A stretch of 62,126 nucleotides of DNA, from contig JAGGYH010000098.1 of NCBI GenBank assembly GCA_021162615.1, forward strand, positions 1 to 62,126, in the 5' to 3' direction. This document shows positions 19,274-29,124 of this stretch, in pieces. A model generated the notes under the pieces. It did no database searches, was not told the DNA's origin, and worked only from the letters and a program-made list of their open reading frames with translations. This DNA is from Candidatus Aminicenantes bacterium (GTDB lineage Bacteria; Acidobacteriota; Aminicenantia; Aminicenantales; Aminicenantaceae). The translations under genes were made by a program, and so were the position numbers. Position 1 is the first letter of the stretch, and every line of letters begins with the position of its first letter.

Positions 19274-20689
19274 TTATTCCAGGTTAAAGCAGATGGTCTT
19301 GGGCTCTGTCATCTCCTGAATGGAAAACTTGATCCCTTCTCTCCCCAATCCGGAATTCTTTATCCCCCCAAAAGGCATAGAATCTAATCTGTAATCAGTG
19401 GAATCATTCACCATAACTCCACCGCAATCCAGACCATACGCTATTTTAAAAGCCAGATCAATATCCTTGGTAAAGACAGCGGCATGAAGCCCGAAGGGAA
19501 GGCTGTTGGCTCTCTCAACCGCCTCCTGCATATCGGATACGGAAAAGAGATTGACAGCCGGACCGAACACCTCTTCTCGATATATTTTGGCTTTTTCCGG
19601 GACTTTTTCCAAAACCGTGGGCTCAAAAAGCGCATTTTTACGCTTCCCTCCACACAACACTTTAGCTCCCATGGAGACAGCTTCATGAATCCATTCTTCA
19701 ACACGCACAGCTTCTTCCTCTGTAATCATGGGCCCCATGTCTGTGTCTTCCTTTAACTTATCGCCTATCTTGTATTCCCCGGTCCTTTTGACAAATTTAT
19801 TTTTAAAAGAATCATAGAGCTCCTCATGGATATATATCCTCTGCACTCCAATGCAGTTTTGACCTGCTGCCCAGAACGCACCGGAGACACAGGATTCCAC
19901 AGCCCTCTCTTCTGAAGCATCCTTCCATACGATAACCGGAGAATTTGAACCAAGTTCCATTCCGATCTTCTTTATGCCTGCTTTGCGGGTAATCTGTTTT
20001 CCCGCTTCCACGCCTCCTGTAAACGAAATCATACGCACTCTTCTATCAAAAACAAGAGAGTCCCCTATCTCATTTCCATATCCGGTCACAACCTGGATCA
20101 CTTCAGGAGGCAACCCGCATTCCAGCAGAGACTGAGTCAATTTAATGGCTGAGAGAGGAGTCAATGTGGCTGGTTTCAAAAGGATGCTGTTGCCCGCGGC
20201 CACTGCCGGGCCAATTTTGTGGGCAACCAAATTCAAAGGGTCATTAAAAGGAGTTACAGCCAGCACAACTCCCACCGGGAAGCGGTAGTAATATCCGATT
20301 CTTTTCTCTCCTCCAGGGAACGAATCAAAAGGGATTGTCTCTCCAAGAATGCGTTTGGCTTCTTCTGCAGACACCGTAAGTGTGTTGACACATCTTTGAG
20401 TTTCTTTCCGGGCTTCACGGATGGTCTTTGAACCTTCTCTTGCAATAAGAGTGGCAAACTCCTCTTCTCTTTCAGAAACATACCTTGCTGTTTTATATAA
20501 GACGGAAGCTCTCTGATGAACGGTCATTTTCCTTGCTGTTTCAAAACCTGTATGGGCAGCCTCCAGAGCTTGTTCAACATCATACGGATCTGCTTTGGGC
20601 ACCGTGTCTATCACAGAACCATTGAACGGATCACGGACCTGTATTTTATTTTCCTTATCCACCCAACGTGAACCAATAAACATCTTCAT
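19274..20689 (-). CDS. NAD(P)-dependent aldehyde dehydrogenase
   Basis: TPFNDP, KPA, SFTGG, MELGSN, GQNC catalytic Cys, EEVFGP, PFGGIKNSG. Confidence 0.92.
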   Translation of the reverse strand: MKMFIGSRWVDKENKIQVRDPFNGSVIDTVPKADPYDVEQALEAAHTGFETARKMTVHQRASVLYKTARYVSEREEEFATLIAREGSKTIREARKETQRCVNTLTVSAEEAKRILGETIPFDSFPGGEKRIGYYYRFPVGVVLAVTPFNDPLNLVAHKIGPAVAAGNSILLKPATLTPLSAIKLTQSLLECGLPPEVIQVVTGYGNEIGDSLVFDRRVRMISFTGGVEAGKQITRKAGIKKIGMELGSNSPVIVWKDASEERAVESCVSGAFWAAGQNCIGVQRIYIHEELYDSFKNKFVKRTGEYKIGDKLKEDTDMGPMITEEEAVRVEEWIHEAVSMGAKVLCGGKRKNALFEPTVLEKVPEKAKIYREEVFGPAVNLFSVSDMQEAVERANSLPFGLHAAVFTKDIDLAFKIAYGLDCGGVMVNDSTDYRLDSMPFGGIKNSGLGREGIKFSIQEMTEPKTICFNLE

Positions 20690-20704
20690 TTTTTCCTCCT
20701 ATAT

Positions 20705-21073
20705 TTACCTGACGATGATATCGTCATCTGTGCCAAAAGTCCTGTCGCTTCCGGCTGAAGTCAAACGAAACTCTACACCAGATAGCTTTTCATATTTGAT
20801 TTCAGTCCCCCATGCATCCAGTTTCCCTGTTGTTATTGGAATATCCAACCTCATATCTTGAAGTGTATCCGGAAGACTTCCCTTCTCAGCCGCATAAGAA
20901 TCAACAGCCCGTTTTAAAGAGGACATGTTCGTCTTTGTAAGTTTCTCTTTAGCGCTTGAAAAAGAACCTATTTCATTCTCAATGATTTTTTTCTCTCCGG
21001 AGCCGATAAAATAAACAAAAAATGCAATAATAACCACCAAAACAAGAATCACAAAAAATCCTTTAATTTTCAT
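20705..21073 (-). CDS. Membrane-anchored GspG/pseudopilin-like protein
   Basis: N-terminal TM; DAWG...Y...SAGSDRTFGTDDDI resembles the GspG C-terminal motif. Confidence 0.6.
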   Translation of the reverse strand: MKIKGFFVILVLVVIIAFFVYFIGSGEKKIIENEIGSFSSAKEKLTKTNMSSLKRAVDSYAAEKGSLPDTLQDMRLDIPITTGKLDAWGTEIKYEKLSGVEFRLTSAGSDRTFGTDDDIIVR

Positions 21074-21122
21074 TTTTTCCTCCCTTTGAAGAGGATATCT
21101 CTTATCATTTCCAGCTTATTAA

Positions 21123-21375
21123 CCAGGATGATGAACAAGTCGAGGTTGCTGCAGATGCGAGGCACAGGGTGCGAAGCTGTGGTCCTTCACCGCGAGTACC
21201 CTGTAACAAAGCAGATGCAGTGACATCGGCTTGCCTATATGGTAAAAAAATGGCGATTAAAATGAAAGTAAAAACAAATAAAAACATTTCAGTTGTCATT
21301 TTTTTAAAAAGTATGCAGTTCCTTGATATCAAAACAAAAAATTGCTCATCGCCATTTTTTTATGAATAAGTCAGG
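21123..21375 (-). mobile_element. MITE-like element A, full-length copy (253 bp), flanked by TTAA on both sides
   Basis: Reverse complement of 17-269; TTAA|CCAGG...TCAGG|TTAA. Confidence 0.82.
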
Positions 21376-21416
21376 TTAAATGTTGATTCTATAGAAATAT
21401 TATGCTTTGTCAACAA

Positions 21417-21488
<72 letters not shown>

Positions 21489-21499
21489 CTTTTTTTATT

Positions 21500-21529
21500 T
21501 TGACTTTTATTCTTTGACTCTTCTATAAT
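21500..21529 (+). promoter_or_regulatory. sigma70-type promoter with no downstream + strand CDS
   Basis: TTGACT-18nt-TATAAT. Confidence 0.55.
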
Positions 21530-21535
21530 AGAATA

Positions 21536-21617
21536 CGTATAGCAGCTGGCTGGAGAGGAATCCTCCTTAGCCCCGCTTCCTTTTCTAAACCTTGGCGCCT
21601 CTACAGCCAGCTTTTTT
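21536..21617 (+). ncRNA. Candidate small RNA (stem, pyrimidine-rich loop, poly-U)
   Basis: 14/15-bp stem 21544-21558/21598-21612, 39-nt loop containing CCTCCTT, T6 tract, upstream promoter. Confidence 0.45.
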
Positions 21618-21620
21618 CTA

Positions 21621-24542
21621 TTATGGGGATTTCTTTTTCTTTTCCTCTTCCTTTTTCTTCTGTTTTATGCTCTCCAGGATCTTTTCTGTCCGCTTCTTTA
21701 TATGCTCTTCCTGCTTGAGGTGGGGGATTCCCTCTTCCAGCCAGACCGGAGCGGCTGTTCCGAGAAGGTAATGGTCAAAGAACTCGCGCATCCTCATGGT
21801 GTAGTCTTTGAGATTGGCAGGCTTTCTGAGCCCGTGGTTTTCTCCTACATATTCGAGCATGACCACCGGTTTTTTGAGCTGGCGCAGCGTGTTGAAATAC
21901 TCGATTCCCTGGTTCCAGTCCACAGCTCCGTCCTTGTCATTATGAAGGATAATAAGAGGTGTGGTTACCTTTTTTGCGTGATAGACCGGGGAATTCCTGG
22001 CATAAGCATCAAGATTTTCAAGGTAATTTCCTTTGAAACGGCCCTGGCTTGATTCAAAAATAGGCTGATTGGCTGAACCCGAATTCCAGTAAATGGAGCT
22101 GTACATGCTGATCATATTGGTCAGAGGGGCGCCTGCGACAGCCGCTTTAAAAAGGCCGGTCTGTGTGATAAGAAAAGCGGTCTGGTATCCTCCCCAGGAA
22201 TGCCCGTGTATGCCCACTCTCTCAATATCTACGACTCCGGTATCAGCAGCGGCTTTGATAGCAGGAATGACACAGTTGACCGCCGATATCCCGGGGTCGT
22301 TGATCTCATAGACGATATCAGGCATCAGAACAGCGTATCCCCGGCTTGTGTACACGGATTTATTAAACCCCCTTGCTGAGGGAGGGAAGTAGGTGTTCAT
22401 GCGTTGTGAGAGTTTTTCATAAATGTAGACAATAGTGGGATAGCTTTTTCCTTTCTTGTAATTTGCGGGCAAAAAGAGCGCTGCCTGAAGTCTGTCTCCG
22501 TTCGTGCTTGTGTAATCCACGAGCATCGAGCCTGAGGACCAGAGATATTCATCCTGCTGCGGATTGGCGTTTGTTATTTTTTGGCCGTCCTTGAGGGTAT
22601 GGTCTGAGACATAATAGTCAGGATAATCCTTATAGGTCTGTCTTGTGTAAAAATACACATCCGCATTTTTCGCTTTGCTGATTGAAAATGAAGCATCATC
22701 CCAGAGAAGCATTTGAGCTCCGGGATTGTCCTTTTCCACAACAGCAATGCCTCCTTTTTTGGTCCATTCGCCGTAGGCAGAGAGATAAAGGGGTTTTTCA
22801 AGGTCAATACCCTTTTCTTCCGGATCCAGGCGGATGCGCCGGAGGAAGCGGATTTGGTCGGTTTTCCCTGTTTTGGTGAGATTGATGCCTTCTCCGCCGT
22901 GTACGGGAATGTTCCAGACATCCCAGTTGTCATACAAAAGCACGGATTTGCCTTCTTTTTCCCAGCCTACAGGGTAGATGGGCGGGTCAACCACATTATG
23001 GTCATCTTCTGTATTTATGAAGGAAGCGGGCACGTCTTCTGTGATGTTGTATGTTTTGCCCGTAGGCATTTCATATGTATAAAAGTCACCGTCCTTGTAA
23101 TAGAGAAAATGGGTTCCATCCGGAGAAGGGGAGAAGAACCATCGGCATTTTTCAAGAGCCAGCTCTCTTTTTCCTGTTTTTATGTTGATGACATAGACAT
23201 CCTGATATCTTCTTCCGTAGAGATTTGAATCCAGCTCATATTTTTCCCTGTCGAATCCCACCGCCCAATTGTGTTTGGGAGCAGGCGTGACCTCTCTGAC
23301 CTGCTCATCAGCAAGCCGGATGAATTTTTTATTGTTTACATCGTAATATGACAGAAAGCTGAAATTTTTATCTCTGCGCTCCTGAACCTGCTGCATGGAC
23401 TGGAGGCGGTTATCCAGCCAGTGCCAGATAACGAGGTCCGGCAGGTCCTGTTTGTCGATCTCTGCATCAGGTTTCTTCGGAGCGGGTTTTTCATCTTTCT
23501 TCTCTTCTTCTTTTTTCTTTTCCCCCTCCTCTTCCTTTTTCTGTTCCTTTTTTTTGACTTCATGGATCCCGAAAAGCAGACCGGTGAGGTCTTCAGTCCA
23601 TAAAGGATTTCTGTTGGGGCTTATGGTCATGCTGTGCGGGAAGTTTTCATCTTCATGGGGGTCGTAGATGGTTTTTACGGGTTTTTGGGAATCAAATCCT
23701 TTGAAGCCCAGCAAACTGTAGAGGCTGTCTTCGTATTTTTCGTCTTTTTTCCCTTTTAATACTGCCAGCCCGTCTCCTTCTTCCGTCCATGTGAGCTTCA
23801 CATATTCAGCCTCATCGCTTTCCAGAGGGAGGATGACCCCGGTTTCTGAGCTGCGTATCTGGACTCCGTTTCCTGTTTTTCCTTCCGCGTCTATGGTATA
23901 GGCGAGCCATCTTCCTTTTTTATCAAAAGAGAATTCCGAAACGTTACCGATATTCAGTTGAGCGGATGTTTTCAGATCGTAAAGCAGAAGGTCTGTTCCT
24001 TTCCAAGAATCCTTGTTTTTAGACTGTTCCTCTGTTGGGTATTTATGGAATGCGATCCAGGAAGGATTTTCTCCAGAGAAAGAGAAACTTCTGATCTTCT
24101 TAAATTCCTTTTTCTCTCCGGACTCAAGGTTCAAAAGCGCAGCTTTGTTGTAGGCCTGCTTCTTTTGTTTTTTGAGTTTTCTTGCCTCTTCTCTTTCCGG
24201 ATACACGGCAAAGGCAAGCCAGCCGGAGTCTTCGGAAAATTGGATATCTCTTGAGGAGGGGTATCCGGCGGGTTCTCCAGCGGGGAAATTAAATTCCTTT
24301 TCTTCTTTTGTGTTTGTTACTAAGAGTTTCCCATCTCCTTCCTGAGGCACAAGATAGTAAGCAAACCATGTGCCGTCCGGAGAGACAACAGAGCTCCGGA
24401 TGCTTTTCCATTCGATTATGTCTGCAATATCTTCAATAGGCCTTAGATCATTCTCTTTTGAGTAGGCAGGATGCTGCGTGATGGAAATCGAAGACAGGAC
24501 AAGAAATAACAGCAGAGTTAAAACGTGTGAAAATTTTTTCAT
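21621..24542 (-). CDS. Secreted S9-family (prolyl oligopeptidase-like) peptidase
   Basis: Signal peptide, beta-propeller region, GHSWGGY, DGAV, ENHG catalytic triad. Confidence 0.9.
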   Translation of the reverse strand: MKKFSHVLTLLLFLVLSSISITQHPAYSKENDLRPIEDIADIIEWKSIRSSVVSPDGTWFAYYLVPQEGDGKLLVTNTKEEKEFNFPAGEPAGYPSSRDIQFSEDSGWLAFAVYPEREEARKLKKQKKQAYNKAALLNLESGEKKEFKKIRSFSFSGENPSWIAFHKYPTEEQSKNKDSWKGTDLLLYDLKTSAQLNIGNVSEFSFDKKGRWLAYTIDAEGKTGNGVQIRSSETGVILPLESDEAEYVKLTWTEEGDGLAVLKGKKDEKYEDSLYSLLGFKGFDSQKPVKTIYDPHEDENFPHSMTISPNRNPLWTEDLTGLLFGIHEVKKKEQKKEEEGEKKKEEEKKDEKPAPKKPDAEIDKQDLPDLVIWHWLDNRLQSMQQVQERRDKNFSFLSYYDVNNKKFIRLADEQVREVTPAPKHNWAVGFDREKYELDSNLYGRRYQDVYVINIKTGKRELALEKCRWFFSPSPDGTHFLYYKDGDFYTYEMPTGKTYNITEDVPASFINTEDDHNVVDPPIYPVGWEKEGKSVLLYDNWDVWNIPVHGGEGINLTKTGKTDQIRFLRRIRLDPEEKGIDLEKPLYLSAYGEWTKKGGIAVVEKDNPGAQMLLWDDASFSISKAKNADVYFYTRQTYKDYPDYYVSDHTLKDGQKITNANPQQDEYLWSSGSMLVDYTSTNGDRLQAALFLPANYKKGKSYPTIVYIYEKLSQRMNTYFPPSARGFNKSVYTSRGYAVLMPDIVYEINDPGISAVNCVIPAIKAAADTGVVDIERVGIHGHSWGGYQTAFLITQTGLFKAAVAGAPLTNMISMYSSIYWNSGSANQPIFESSQGRFKGNYLENLDAYARNSPVYHAKKVTTPLIILHNDKDGAVDWNQGIEYFNTLRQLKKPVVMLEYVGENHGLRKPANLKDYTMRMREFFDHYLLGTAAPVWLEEGIPHLKQEEHIKKRTEKILESIKQKKKEEEKKKKSP

Positions 24543-24557
24543 ATTAATACCTCCAGT

Positions 24558-25439
24558 TTAACCGGACTTATTCATAAAAAATGAGCGATGCCCGGCTTGT
24601 TCATCATCCAGATTGGTTTTTATACTTTGCCCTTCACTCTCTAATTGAGAGTAATCGAATTCAGAGCCCAGAAGGCTGTGAGGGATGAGAAAAACGACCA
24701 GCATGACGCAGGAGGCAGCCAGTATCCACCTGCGGGATGTTTTTTTGCTTTTTTTCCTGGACACCCAAAGAGCCGTGATCCAGAAGATAAGAGCCATAAA
24801 TGTTTTCGTATCTGTGAGGTCTTTGCCGAAAGGAAAACCAGTCCAGAAATCACCGAAAGAGAATTTTTGCATGATAGGGCCGAATATCATTCCTCCTGCA
24901 AAAAGGAGTGCCGCAGCCCATATACCCAGCTTTCTTGGGTCTGATTGCGGCATAAGCGCCTCAAGCCCGGCGCGGATTGAGAAAAGAAAGGCCGCAGATA
25001 TGGTCACAACGTGAAGGACAATGATCAGCATCGGGGTTTTTCCTTTAAAGCGAATGACAACAGGCGGATCGCCTGATAAGGATATTTCTTTATACAGGTC
25101 TTTGAGGATGACTTTGTACTCCAGTTTGCCTGCGGCCGGCTGCTTTGGAAGCTGTCCTTTGAGAAAATCGCCCTTCCGGACAAGTTCCTGTTTGGTCCAT
25201 TCATTTTGGGATCTGAATATCCTGTATAAAAGAAAGCCCTGAATATTTGTATCCGGGGCACTTATTTTTATTTCATAATCCTCGGTGTTCACATGGCTTC
25301 GTTCAAGCTTGTAGGATACTTTTGAATTTCCGATAGAGATTTTCCCCTCAAGAGGATAGGTGGGGCCCGTGAGCCTTTGAAACACCAGTACGCAAGCCGT
25401 GATGACAAAAGCCAGAATCCATAAAAAAATCTTTTTCAT
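24558..25439 (-). CDS. Hypothetical membrane protein
   Basis: N-terminal TM with QRLTGPTYP, soluble domain, C-terminal TM helices, WTGFPFGKDLTD. Confidence 0.75.
   Translation of the reverse strand: MKKIFLWILAFVITACVLVFQRLTGPTYPLEGKISIGNSKVSYKLERSHVNTEDYEIKISAPDTNIQGFLLYRIFRSQNEWTKQELVRKGDFLKGQLPKQPAAGKLEYKVILKDLYKEISLSGDPPVVIRFKGKTPMLIIVLHVVTISAAFLFSIRAGLEALMPQSDPRKLGIWAAALLFAGGMIFGPIMQKFSFGDFWTGFPFGKDLTDTKTFMALIFWITALWVSRKKSKKTSRRWILAASCVMLVVFLIPHSLLGSEFDYSQLESEGQSIKTNLDDEQAGHRSFFMNKSG
24562..24612 (+). repeat. 51-bp mini element A inside a CDS 3' end
   Basis: TTAA|CCGGACTTATTCATAAAAAATGAGCGAT...CTTGTTCATCATCCAGA contains both A ends. Confidence 0.7.
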
Positions 25440-25627
25440 TGTGACTCACAGATGGGATTGCTTTATCACTCCATTCTTGCTTGCAGCATATCCATCCTGA
25501 TTTGTGAATGATACATGTTATTATACAAATATTTTTAAAAGAACAATAATGATTTTGAAAAATATTTGACATTGATTTACAATATATACGTAGATTATAA
25601 TTTGATGGAGTGAATAAGGAGGTTTTA

Positions 25628-26494
25628 ATGAAAAAGGGCATAAAAACAGCGTGTCTTTTTCTTGTGATTCTTTCGATTTCCGTAAGTGCTTTTGCCAAAG
25701 ACGATGTGTTTCAGAGCCGATGGATCAAGGAGAAAATCATGATGGACGGATCTGACGAGGATTGGGCTCCGGAAATGCTGCGGACTTATAAGAAATTCAG
25801 TGTGGATTATGCGTTTAAGAACGATGGGAATTATATGCTGGCTCTTTTTGTATTCAAGGATCCGGCGTATTTAACTTCTGTAAAAGAGTCAGGCATCATA
25901 ATATGGCTGAACACAGATGGGAAAAAGAAAAAAAGGTACGGCATAAGATTTTGGAACATGAAGATGACTGCAGAACAGTATATCAAGCTTCTGGAGGCGC
26001 AGCAGGGACCGTTGTCAGAGCAACAAAAGAACGATATTCTCGTCAAACAGACCTATGATATCGCGGATATCAAAGTCACGAACAAGGATGCAAAGTCTGA
26101 ATTAAAGGAAAAGGTCGAAATAAGGCCAGCGGCGTTTGAGACACAGACCTTTGAAGACAGGATCGTTTATGAGTTTGCCATCCCGCTGGAAAGGCTTTAT
26201 GATAAGGCTCCCGGAGTGGGGACCGTGCCGGGCGAGACCGTTAAAGTCGGATTTGAATGGGGCGGCATAACAGATGAGATGAAGGAACAGAGAGCGAAGT
26301 TGGCCGCTGCCATGGCTTCCAAAGCCAGAGACCAGGGAGCCACCAGTGACCTGACTGCAGAAAGAGGCGTGAGCAGCGGAATGGGCCGGTCTGATCGAGT
26401 GAGCAGCTTTGCCCGCACTATGAGAGGGAATATTCCTCCGGAATACACTTTCTGGGTGGATGTCCAGCTGGCTAAGGAGGAATCAACCAAGTAA
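25628..26494 (+). CDS. Hypothetical exported protein
   Basis: AAGGAGG RBS, signal peptide MKKGIKTACLFLVILSISVSAFA, long ORF. Confidence 0.7.
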   Translation: MKKGIKTACLFLVILSISVSAFAKDDVFQSRWIKEKIMMDGSDEDWAPEMLRTYKKFSVDYAFKNDGNYMLALFVFKDPAYLTSVKESGIIIWLNTDGKKKKRYGIRFWNMKMTAEQYIKLLEAQQGPLSEQQKNDILVKQTYDIADIKVTNKDAKSELKEKVEIRPAAFETQTFEDRIVYEFAIPLERLYDKAPGVGTVPGETVKVGFEWGGITDEMKEQRAKLAAAMASKARDQGATSDLTAERGVSSGMGRSDRVSSFARTMRGNIPPEYTFWVDVQLAKEESTK

Positions 26495-27385
26495 AACCAG
26501 CAAGACGCCGCCAAAAGCAATGCCCAGGGCAAAGATTTTTTTCCGGCTCACCGGTTCTTTGAGGATGATCACTCCCAGAAGGAAAATAAATACAAAGTTC
26601 ATCTGATTCAGTACGGATGCTTCTGAAACAGAGGCGTATTTCATTCCTGCCATCCAGGCAATGAGAGCCGCATATCCTCCCAGAAAAGAGCCTGAAAGCA
26701 TAGGCTTCCAGTTTTTTGAAGAAAAAACACTTCTATATATCTGGCGGTGTCCGCGATTAATCTGGATGGCGGGAAAAAGGAATGCCAGACCTCCTGCAGT
26801 CCTTACCAGTGTTGCCCATAGGATTGAAGAATCCGAAAGGATCGGTTTCATCAAAATAATGCTCACAGCCATGGCAAACATAGCAAGGAGCCCCAGTATG
26901 ATACCGGCGGTAAAGTCTTTTCGCGGGATATGATTCAGGCTGTTTTTATGGGAGATCAGGACCACTGCCAAAATAATGAAGGCAACCCCCGCTAACTGCT
27001 GTAAAGTCATTTTTTCAAAAAGAAACAGGGACGCCAGTATGATGACAAAAGGGCTGTAGCTGCAGTCCACAATCGCAGAGAGGCTGGCTCCAAGCCTGTT
27101 AAGGCTTTCGAAAAGCAGTGTGTCTGAGACTCCGATGCCAATGATGCCGCTTAAAAAAAGCAGCCCGTAATTTTCCAGAGGCAGGGACGGGACGGCAGGT
27201 TGATGCAGCAGCCAGAGTGTAGGGAGAATAAACAAACACGAAACAAGGGATTTAACGAGATTCAATCCCAGAGGATGAACGGTGCGGCCGCTTATTCTGA
27301 ACAGAATAACGGCAAAGGCCCAAATCAGGGCTGAACTAAGCGAAAACAGCTTGCCGAGGAAAACAAGATTTTGCGGCTGCCCCAT
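26483..27385 (-). CDS. DMT/EamA family transporter
   Basis: About 10 TM helices, two EamA repeats (LFEK, ILKEP). Confidence 0.88.
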   Translation of the reverse strand: MGQPQNLVFLGKLFSLSSALIWAFAVILFRISGRTVHPLGLNLVKSLVSCLFILPTLWLLHQPAVPSLPLENYGLLFLSGIIGIGVSDTLLFESLNRLGASLSAIVDCSYSPFVIILASLFLFEKMTLQQLAGVAFIILAVVLISHKNSLNHIPRKDFTAGIILGLLAMFAMAVSIILMKPILSDSSILWATLVRTAGGLAFLFPAIQINRGHRQIYRSVFSSKNWKPMLSGSFLGGYAALIAWMAGMKYASVSEASVLNQMNFVFIFLLGVIILKEPVSRKKIFALGIAFGGVLLVLLG

Positions 27386-27456
27386 CGTAACAACATACCT
27401 AAAAGGAAGGAAAAGAGCTATAAGCTGGCAGCTCTCTTAGAAAATCAGGAGCGGCG

Positions 27457-27738
27457 CTAAGAGTCTGATTCTTCTTTTTCTTCATTCTCTTTGGCTGTGA
27501 CTTCTTGGGATTGTTTGTCTTCGTCGGATTCTTCTTCAGATTCGATTTCCACTCCTAACAGCCTTGCGGCTCCTTCATATAATTGTCTGAAGGATTCTTT
27601 GGATTCCTGCAGTTTTGCCAGGCGTTCTCTTGCTTTTTGGATTTCTTTTTCCATTTCTTCGTCTATGGTATCCAGTTGGGATTTTGCTTCTTCCATTGTC
27701 TGCCTGTAAAGATCTTCCTGTTTTTTAGTAAGCCCCAT
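27457..27738 (-). CDS. Small acidic coiled-coil hypothetical protein
   Basis: AAGGAG RBS, heptad pattern, acidic tail. Confidence 0.65.
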   Translation of the reverse strand: MGLTKKQEDLYRQTMEEAKSQLDTIDEEMEKEIQKARERLAKLQESKESFRQLYEGAARLLGVEIESEEESDEDKQSQEVTAKENEEKEESDS

Positions 27739-27851
27739 GGCTCTCTCCTTGATCCAGGTTAATAGTTTATTATATTGTATTTATATTTTAATTCAAATGG
27801 CAATCACCTTTAGAGATGAATTTTGCCTGCATCCTGCATATCGTCAGCTGT

Positions 27852-29099
27852 CTATTTTACTACCCTAACCCTGGCATCATGGGCCAGCGTGAAATGTCCT
27901 TCTACCGCGACTTCTTCTCCTTCCTTTACCCCGTCAAGGACTTCGGCATAGTCTTCGTTTTCAAGGCCCAGCTCAAGATATCTCCATTTAGCCAGGTCTC
28001 CCTCCACCACAAAAGCCAATTTCCGGCCTCCTCTGAGCAGTATGGCTTCCTGGGGAATAAGAAGCCTGTCCTTATAAATATCGGTTATGATCTCGACTTC
28101 AGCATGCATTCCCGGTTTGATGACTTCACCCGGATTGCTCATGACCACGACCACTTTGCATGTTCTGTCTTCCGGGTCAATGATGGGGCTTATGGATTTG
28201 ACTATGCCCTTGAAGTCCTTTCCCGGATAAGCGCTGAAGTTCAGGGTGACTTCCCGGCCTGTTTTCATTTTTCCGATTTCGCTTTCCAGGACTTTGGCAT
28301 GCACCCGGATCTGGTCTATATTGACAAGAGTGAACAGCTCCTGCGCGTTTGAGACATGTTCTTCCAAGGCGACCTGGATGTCGCAGATTATACCTGAGAA
28401 AGGAGCATGGATTTTTGTCTTTTCCAGGTCCATCTGCGCTTTTTTCACACGAACATCAGCCTGTGTGACCCCTTTGGCCGCTTCTCTGATTTCACCTTTG
28501 AGTTGTCCTGATTCGATGAGAGCCATCTCATATTCTTTGCTGGCTTTTTCATATTCATCCGTTGAAATGAGGCCTTTGGCATAGAGAGCGTTCGCTTTGT
28601 CAAATTCCTTTTTTGCCTTTTCTAATTCAGCTCTGTTTTGAGCGGGCGGGGATTCTTGTTCCTGTGAAAACTTTTGTTCCATGAGGAGCTCTGAGAGCTT
28701 TTGCAGGTAGGAGGCTCTGGCATCTTCCAGGTCCAGTTGATACTGTCTGTTGTCAAGTTCCATAAGAAGGTCTCCTTTTTTGACATGCTGGCCCTCTTCA
28801 ATAGTAAGGTTTTTTATTCTGCCCGATACTTCTGATTTCATAATGATTTTTTCTCTGGTAAATGCCTCTCCCGGTGATTTGAGCTTCATTTTGAGGTCGC
28901 CTTTTTGAGCGATCGTTGTTTTGATTGAAACCGGAGCATCACTGACTTCCTCACTCCCTTCTTTTATGGTATCCGTCGATTCTTCTGCAGGCGGGGAATC
29001 AGGGCTTTTTTTGAGAAAAATAAAATAGACTCCCAGAAAGCAGATGATGAGAATCAAAGACAGAATCAAGATTTTTTTAGGAATTAATATTTTATTCAT
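27852..29099 (-). CDS. RND efflux periplasmic adaptor (MFP)
   Basis: SEVSGRI, EGQHVKKGDLL, IHAPFSGII, IKPGM. Confidence 0.9.
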   Translation of the reverse strand: MNKILIPKKILILSLILIICFLGVYFIFLKKSPDSPPAEESTDTIKEGSEEVSDAPVSIKTTIAQKGDLKMKLKSPGEAFTREKIIMKSEVSGRIKNLTIEEGQHVKKGDLLMELDNRQYQLDLEDARASYLQKLSELLMEQKFSQEQESPPAQNRAELEKAKKEFDKANALYAKGLISTDEYEKASKEYEMALIESGQLKGEIREAAKGVTQADVRVKKAQMDLEKTKIHAPFSGIICDIQVALEEHVSNAQELFTLVNIDQIRVHAKVLESEIGKMKTGREVTLNFSAYPGKDFKGIVKSISPIIDPEDRTCKVVVVMSNPGEVIKPGMHAEVEIITDIYKDRLLIPQEAILLRGGRKLAFVVEGDLAKWRYLELGLENEDYAEVLDGVKEGEEVAVEGHFTLAHDARVRVVK

Positions 29100-29124
29100 T
29101 TCATACTCCTTGTTTTGTGCATAT

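Noticed and set aside
21544-21612. Minus-strand resemblance to SRP RNA domain IV (AAGGTTTAGAAAAGGAAGCGG)
   Set aside because: The tetraloop stem does not pair properly and the CAGG/AGCA consensus is not met. The promoter and poly-T favour the + strand.
23470-23560. Purine/pyrimidine-skewed low-complexity tract
   Set aside because: It encodes a K/E-rich linker within the S9 peptidase.
25498-25520. Possible degenerate element A end (also 42190-42212)
   Set aside because: Too short and diverged to call without an alignment score.
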